DNA of 64,000 bases. Source: Eledone cirrhosa. Lineage: Eukaryota. The notes under the pieces are model-generated. The model saw nothing but the letters and a program-made list of their open reading frames with translations. It was not told the origin of the DNA and made no database searches. Both the position numbers and the translations under genes were made by a program. The stretch's first letter is position 1. Each line of letters begins with the position of its first letter. The DNA is taken from assembly GCA_964016885.1 (NCBI GenBank), contig OZ024740.1, positions 324,074,001 to 324,138,000 on the forward strand, read 5' to 3'. Positions 58,639 to 64,000 of this stretch are shown one piece after another.

Positions 58639-59217
58639 ATGTATGTATGTATACGTACATACATATATGTATACAGACGTACAGTAGTATGTATATATAC
58701 ATACATGCACACATATATATATATGCACGTATCGGTTTACCGAACATTTATTATAATGCTCGTTTTGTTTGTTTGTAAACAAACAAACAGCCCGGATTAC
58801 GCCGTACAGTGTTTCATTCTATTCCATTTATCGTTTTCGGTGCGCCCAGCCGACTGAACTCACTCGATATGCAAATTAGGCTACTCAGCCGTTAATAAGC
58901 ATAAGGAAAGTATATACTCTCAGACGTTCAACCATCTGGCAGGAAGATATACGATGCTGAAGATCGCTAATAAGCTTGAAACTAGTACATCGTTCCTGTG
59001 TCAGTGTTGAACAAAAAGGTGACGTGGTTGCCTAAACACTGTACGGCGTAATTCGGGCTGTTTGTTTGTTTACAAACAAACAGCCCGAGCATTATAATAA
59101 ATTTTCGGTAAACCGATACGTGCATATATATATGTGTGTGCATGTATGTATATATATACATACTACTGTACGTCTGTATACCTATATGTATGTACGTATA
59201 CATACATACATACATAC
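58639..59217. mobile_element. ~175-bp inverted repeats enclosing a hammerhead-bearing spacer
   Basis: 58639-58814 is the reverse complement of 59034-59217. A third related copy lies at about 5940-6120. Confidence 0.8.
58951..58993 (+). ncRNA. Minimal type-I hammerhead candidate
   Basis: ACGATG CTGAAGA tc GCT aata AGC tt GAAA CTAG TA CATCGT. 6-bp stem I, palindromic CTAG, GUA site. Confidence 0.75.
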
Positions 59218-59240
59218 ACACACATATATATATATATATA

Positions 59241-59392
59241 TAGGAAAATAGTCAAGACCCCGACGGTTGGGCTCCAGCCGTTTCGACAGCTAGATCCGAA
59301 CTGACTCTTTTCTTATTACCCACTCTACTGCCCTAAGTATCGAGTACTCTGGTGCGTTTTTGCTTCAGCTGGTTCTTTACCACACTTCCTTT
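59241..59392 (+). mobile_element. Family P variant with the right arm partly deleted
   Basis: TAGGAAAA..CCCCGACGGTTGGGCTCCAGCCGTTTCGACAGCTA plus the shared tail. Confidence 0.75.
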
Positions 59393-59395
59393 ATT

Positions 59396-59467
<72 letters not shown>

Positions 59468-59777
59468 CAAGTGAGTGATAATATGCCTCTATGCAGGTTC
59501 ATTTATTGCGTGTAAATTGTGTGGTTTTAAGGAATCTCTTGGATAAGTGTGTGAAATTTATATAGGGTATACATTTAGTTATGAGATACATGCACCAATA
59601 TGCATATATATATATATGTGTGTGTGTGTGCATACATATTTATACAAATATATCTAACTATATATGTGCGTGTATATATATATGAGTATACATATTTATA
59701 TGAATATATATAAATATATGAGTATACATATTTATATGAATATATATAAATATATATGAGTATACATATTTATATGA

Positions 59778-59844
<67 letters not shown>

Positions 59845-60318
59845 GTGATTGAACTAGACGAGTATTGTTCTAGAAATTGCTCTAGAAATATCATCAAGGA
59901 ACCATGACTCACAGCAGGGGAGGCACGATGAGTCACGGAGCCCGACTCCCAGTCAACCCCTAGCTCCTTACCCAGCTAATAACGTTGGTGAAGGGCGCGG
60001 GGACGGAGGTGAAGTAAGGGGTTGAACATATATATGACAGAAACTAATAGTGACAGGACAGGATGGAGCGGCAGACGAACCCGGGTTTATTACCATGGCA
60101 GTCATACAATGTTCCCTCCCGATTAACTATGTTCTACCCTCACCACCCCTATTTCTTCCTCCCCCTCTCTACCTCCGTCTATCGATTTACCTATATCTCT
60201 CTCATTCTATGTATCACTCTCTATCTGTATCTACCCCTGTTTCTCCCTTCCTCCAACTATCTCTCCTTGTATCTTTCTATCCTACCCTCTCTCTCTCTAT
60301 ATCCATTTCTCTATATCC

Positions 60319-60487
<169 letters not shown>

Positions 60488-63049
60488 TGTGTGTGTCCAT
60501 TTCTCTCTCTATTTCTACTTATCTCTGTATCTCGCTTTTCTCTCTTCTTCCATCCCCTATCTATCTTTCTCTACATCTTTCTATCCTGGCCTCTCTCTCT
60601 TTCTCCACTTATCTCTCCTCCCTATCACTTGTATATCCCCACTTATCACTCCATCTCCCTATCTCTCTATCTCTCCACTCTATCAATTTCTCCCTCTCAC
60701 GGTCTGTTTCTATCTACCTCACTCCCTTTATCAAAGATACAGTGAGAATGGCGGGGTTTGAAACAAAACATTAGGGTGTGGAACCAAGAAGGGTTCAAGA
60801 GATAGACCGCAATTCTTGTTCCCATTTCAAGTGATAAACAACATTGGGGAAATTTAAAAAAAAATAACGAATAATAATTTTTTTTAATGAGATTGATACA
60901 GAAAAAACCTGCAGTATTCTCCCTCTCCCATTATATCACGTGATAGCTTATTCCTTTTTACGTTTTTGTTGTTGTTGCTGTTTTCATATTTAAATCTAAT
61001 CTAGATTATTACTTTACAAGTTTCGCTTCTCTAAATTAAATGATTCCATTTGGTTTCCCATTAAAAAGTGTTTCTATTATCTAAACTCATTTATGTGATA
61101 CAACACAACATCCACAGCTAGATAAAACCATCTTCTGTATTATTATGTTACAAAGAATAGGGTTCATCAATGAGATACATCGTGTTAGTCATGCAGAAAA
61201 ATGGTTGGTAACTAATAGCGTGAAATGATGGCGTACGACATTTTAAACACACACAAAGTCTTAATGCATTTTCTGGGGACAGGGATTTGAGAATTCTTCG
61301 TTTTTTATTTTTTGTTTTTTTTTTGTAGAGAAGTGTCATTATTCAACTCTTCTCATGGACAATACACAAAGAAAACTATCCTAAGCCCCATTTAAAATTC
61401 AAATATCACAGACCTGTATGACACTAGCTATGTGGTCAGGCTAAATGTAAAATATAGGCTACCACCCCCCAATCTGATAAAAGACCCATACCAGATGTAA
61501 ATTGTAGCTCCCAGCTATTCTCGATCCAACAGTACCTATGATGGTTTTAGGTCTACTCGCCCACACTGACCAAGTGTAGGTTGGACAGGGTAGCGAAATT
61601 TAACTAGGAATGCAAGAAGTCGAACTAGATACAGTAAAACATCCCGTCTGATGCTCTAATAGAAAACAATGTTGCTTCCGTTGGTATTTTCCAGAGGTCA
61701 CAACTACTGGCAACAGAAACAGAATTTGAACTTCGAATACGCAGAGCTGAAACGGATGCCACAAAACGACCCGCCCGACTCCTTATTCATACCACCAATC
61801 AACGCTCCCTTGAATGGTATTTATCGATCTCTAAAAAATTATAAAAGGCAAAGTTTGCCTCGGCGTGATTTGAACCTAAGACGCAGAAACTCAGAAGAAA
61901 TACACCGGAGGCGTTTCATTCATAACAACTCTGCTAATTTGTCACCTAAATTATTCAGGTCCAATTATCATTATCATCATCACCCTCATCACCGTTATGG
62001 TCATCATCATCATCATCATTTTAACCCACGCTGCATACATCAACTTATGGGTGAAGTCTTCGAAATCCCCTTCCAGAACTATATTATCTTTGACACCCAA
62101 AACATAATCTACCATTTAACTAAATATCCTATTACAAAATCAAACTGGATGTTATTGATACAAATCACTTCTAGTCACTTCGATTACTAAGTACGAGAAA
62201 ATCGAAGTGGCTGTAAATGATTTTTGTTCCTCCAGGAAATATTGAATATTTTCAATCGATATTTTGTAGCCCTATTAATACGATAATAAATTTATAAATA
62301 GCAATTACCTCGTGGAAGAGTTATTTAAATCATTTAATAATCAGACAAAACTATTTGATTCACTTTACATTTATCATTAATTTTGTGGTGTCAAAATTTT
62401 CGTCGTAAAGTGTTCCGTTGAAAATTTTAACACCATGAAATATAGGAAAAGCGAAAAATGAATTCGATGTTTTTTTTGTTTTTGCTTTTTTTTTCGAATG
62501 ACTTTTACAAAACTGTTAAAGTCAATTTTCCACGATGTTAGTGCTTTAAGTTTCAACACATGGTTTCAGATCAAATCCCTTTCCAGATATGTACAACAAA
62601 AATGACTCTTCTGCGAAAATGACTCTTCTGTAATTGTTTTAATAGAGGCATATCTGAAAGCATATACTATATGTTTATGTATAACTATTATATACAAGTC
62701 ATGCTGCGGGTCTTTTAAGCAGTGATTGTGTCACAGCTACCTCAGTAATGATTTTAGTTTTAACACACGGTTTCAGATCACGTTACAGACCAAATACCAT
62801 ATAGAACAAATGTTCTTTTATTCTTTTATATTCAGAATACGACTACGTTGGGTCACTATCTTAAAGGGATTTAGACGATCATATATTACTACTTAATTTA
62901 TCGATCACTTTACACACAGACACACACACAATTATTTGGTTGTCAAACGCACATCTTGACAACACATTCATGCCTAGAACAATTTGAAATTGTGAAGTCA
63001 AGTAACACATATTTAACAGTTTTACTAGGTTATTGTGGATATAAATATA

Positions 63050-63251
63050 TAGGAAAAAGTATGACCCCGACGGCAGAGATCAAGCCTTTTCGACGGCTAT
63101 TTCTAGACTCCTTCAGTCTAGAAATAGCCGTCGAAACGGCTTGAGCTCTGCCGTCGGGGTCATACCTTTTCCTATTTCCCACTCTACTACCCTAAGTATT
63201 GAGTACTCTGGTGCGTTATGGTCCATCTGATTCCTTACCACAATTCCTTTG

Positions 63252-63252
<1 letters not shown>
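63050..63252 (+). mobile_element. Family P copy
   Basis: Hairpin 63050-63174 plus the shared tail running into (TA)n. Confidence 0.85.
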
Positions 63253-63339
<87 letters not shown>

Positions 63340-63371
63340 AGAATATTTTCGAAACAGCGAGTTGATTTGAA

Positions 63372-63604
63372 ATTATTAGAAATGTTAGCTATCGCCGTAT
63401 TTTGACTAAAGAAATTAAAGAAATTATTTAGCCTGATAGTGGGGTTAAGAACCCTCGGAGAAATGGAAAAAGATGAGTATTGACGTACATGTACGTCTAT
63501 ACTCATCTTTTTCCATTTCTTCGAGGGTTCTTAACGCCACTATCAGGCTAAATAATTTCTTTAATTTCTTTAGTCAAAATACGGCGATAGCTAACATTTC
63601 TAAT

Positions 63605-63607
<3 letters not shown>
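63372..63607. repeat. Spacer-less ~236-bp palindrome between (TA)n tracts
   Basis: Centre GACGTACA|TGTACGTC at 63489/63490; about 4 differences between the arms. Confidence 0.9.
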
Positions 63608-63667
<60 letters not shown>

Positions 63668-64000
63668 GGGAGAGAGAGATGAAAACAGTGAGAGAGAGAG
63701 AGAGAGATATGAGGAGAGTGTATGAGTAGAGTGAATGAGAGAGAGAGAGAGATGATGATGAGAATGAGAAATGAAGGAAATGAGTGAGAGACGAAAAGAG
63801 AGCATGTGTGGGTACGTAAGGGGCTAGCACAATTTTCTGGAAACTCGCCATAAAAGTAAAATTCCTCGTTCACGTTTTATAATTATATAACATAATATAT
63901 TCATGTTGCTGGTTGTATATTATCTGAATGGTTCAATATGTTGGCTGCTATATACTCATCAAAGTTAGATAAATATAGAACAAAGCTTTTTACAAAATAT

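Overview
This is eukaryotic, AT-rich, microsatellite-saturated DNA. The SINE repertoire suggests a cephalopod, probably an octopus (inference). I can support no intact host gene; most ORFs in the track are translations of (TA)n, (CA)n, (GA)n and triplet repeats. Supported content: about 20 copies of one tRNA-headed SINE, several CORE-type SINEs, a 5'-truncated RTE-like LINE with a PHD-like Cys/His domain, two copies of a short RTE-derived element (one 5'-inverted), two non-autonomous Helitrons (one carrying an exon-like 119-codon ORF), several MITEs and minisatellites. The main signal is a set of short unique islands between (TA)n tracts that carry minimal type-I hammerhead ribozyme folds. I found about 8 sequence-unrelated families by eye, including core variants (U3-A8, U4A, G8U). 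They often sit beside inverted duplications, which is the Penelope-like pLTR signature. A multi-copy palindromic family keeps only the 3' half of a hammerhead, on both strands. All folds were read by hand; none is computationally or experimentally verified.
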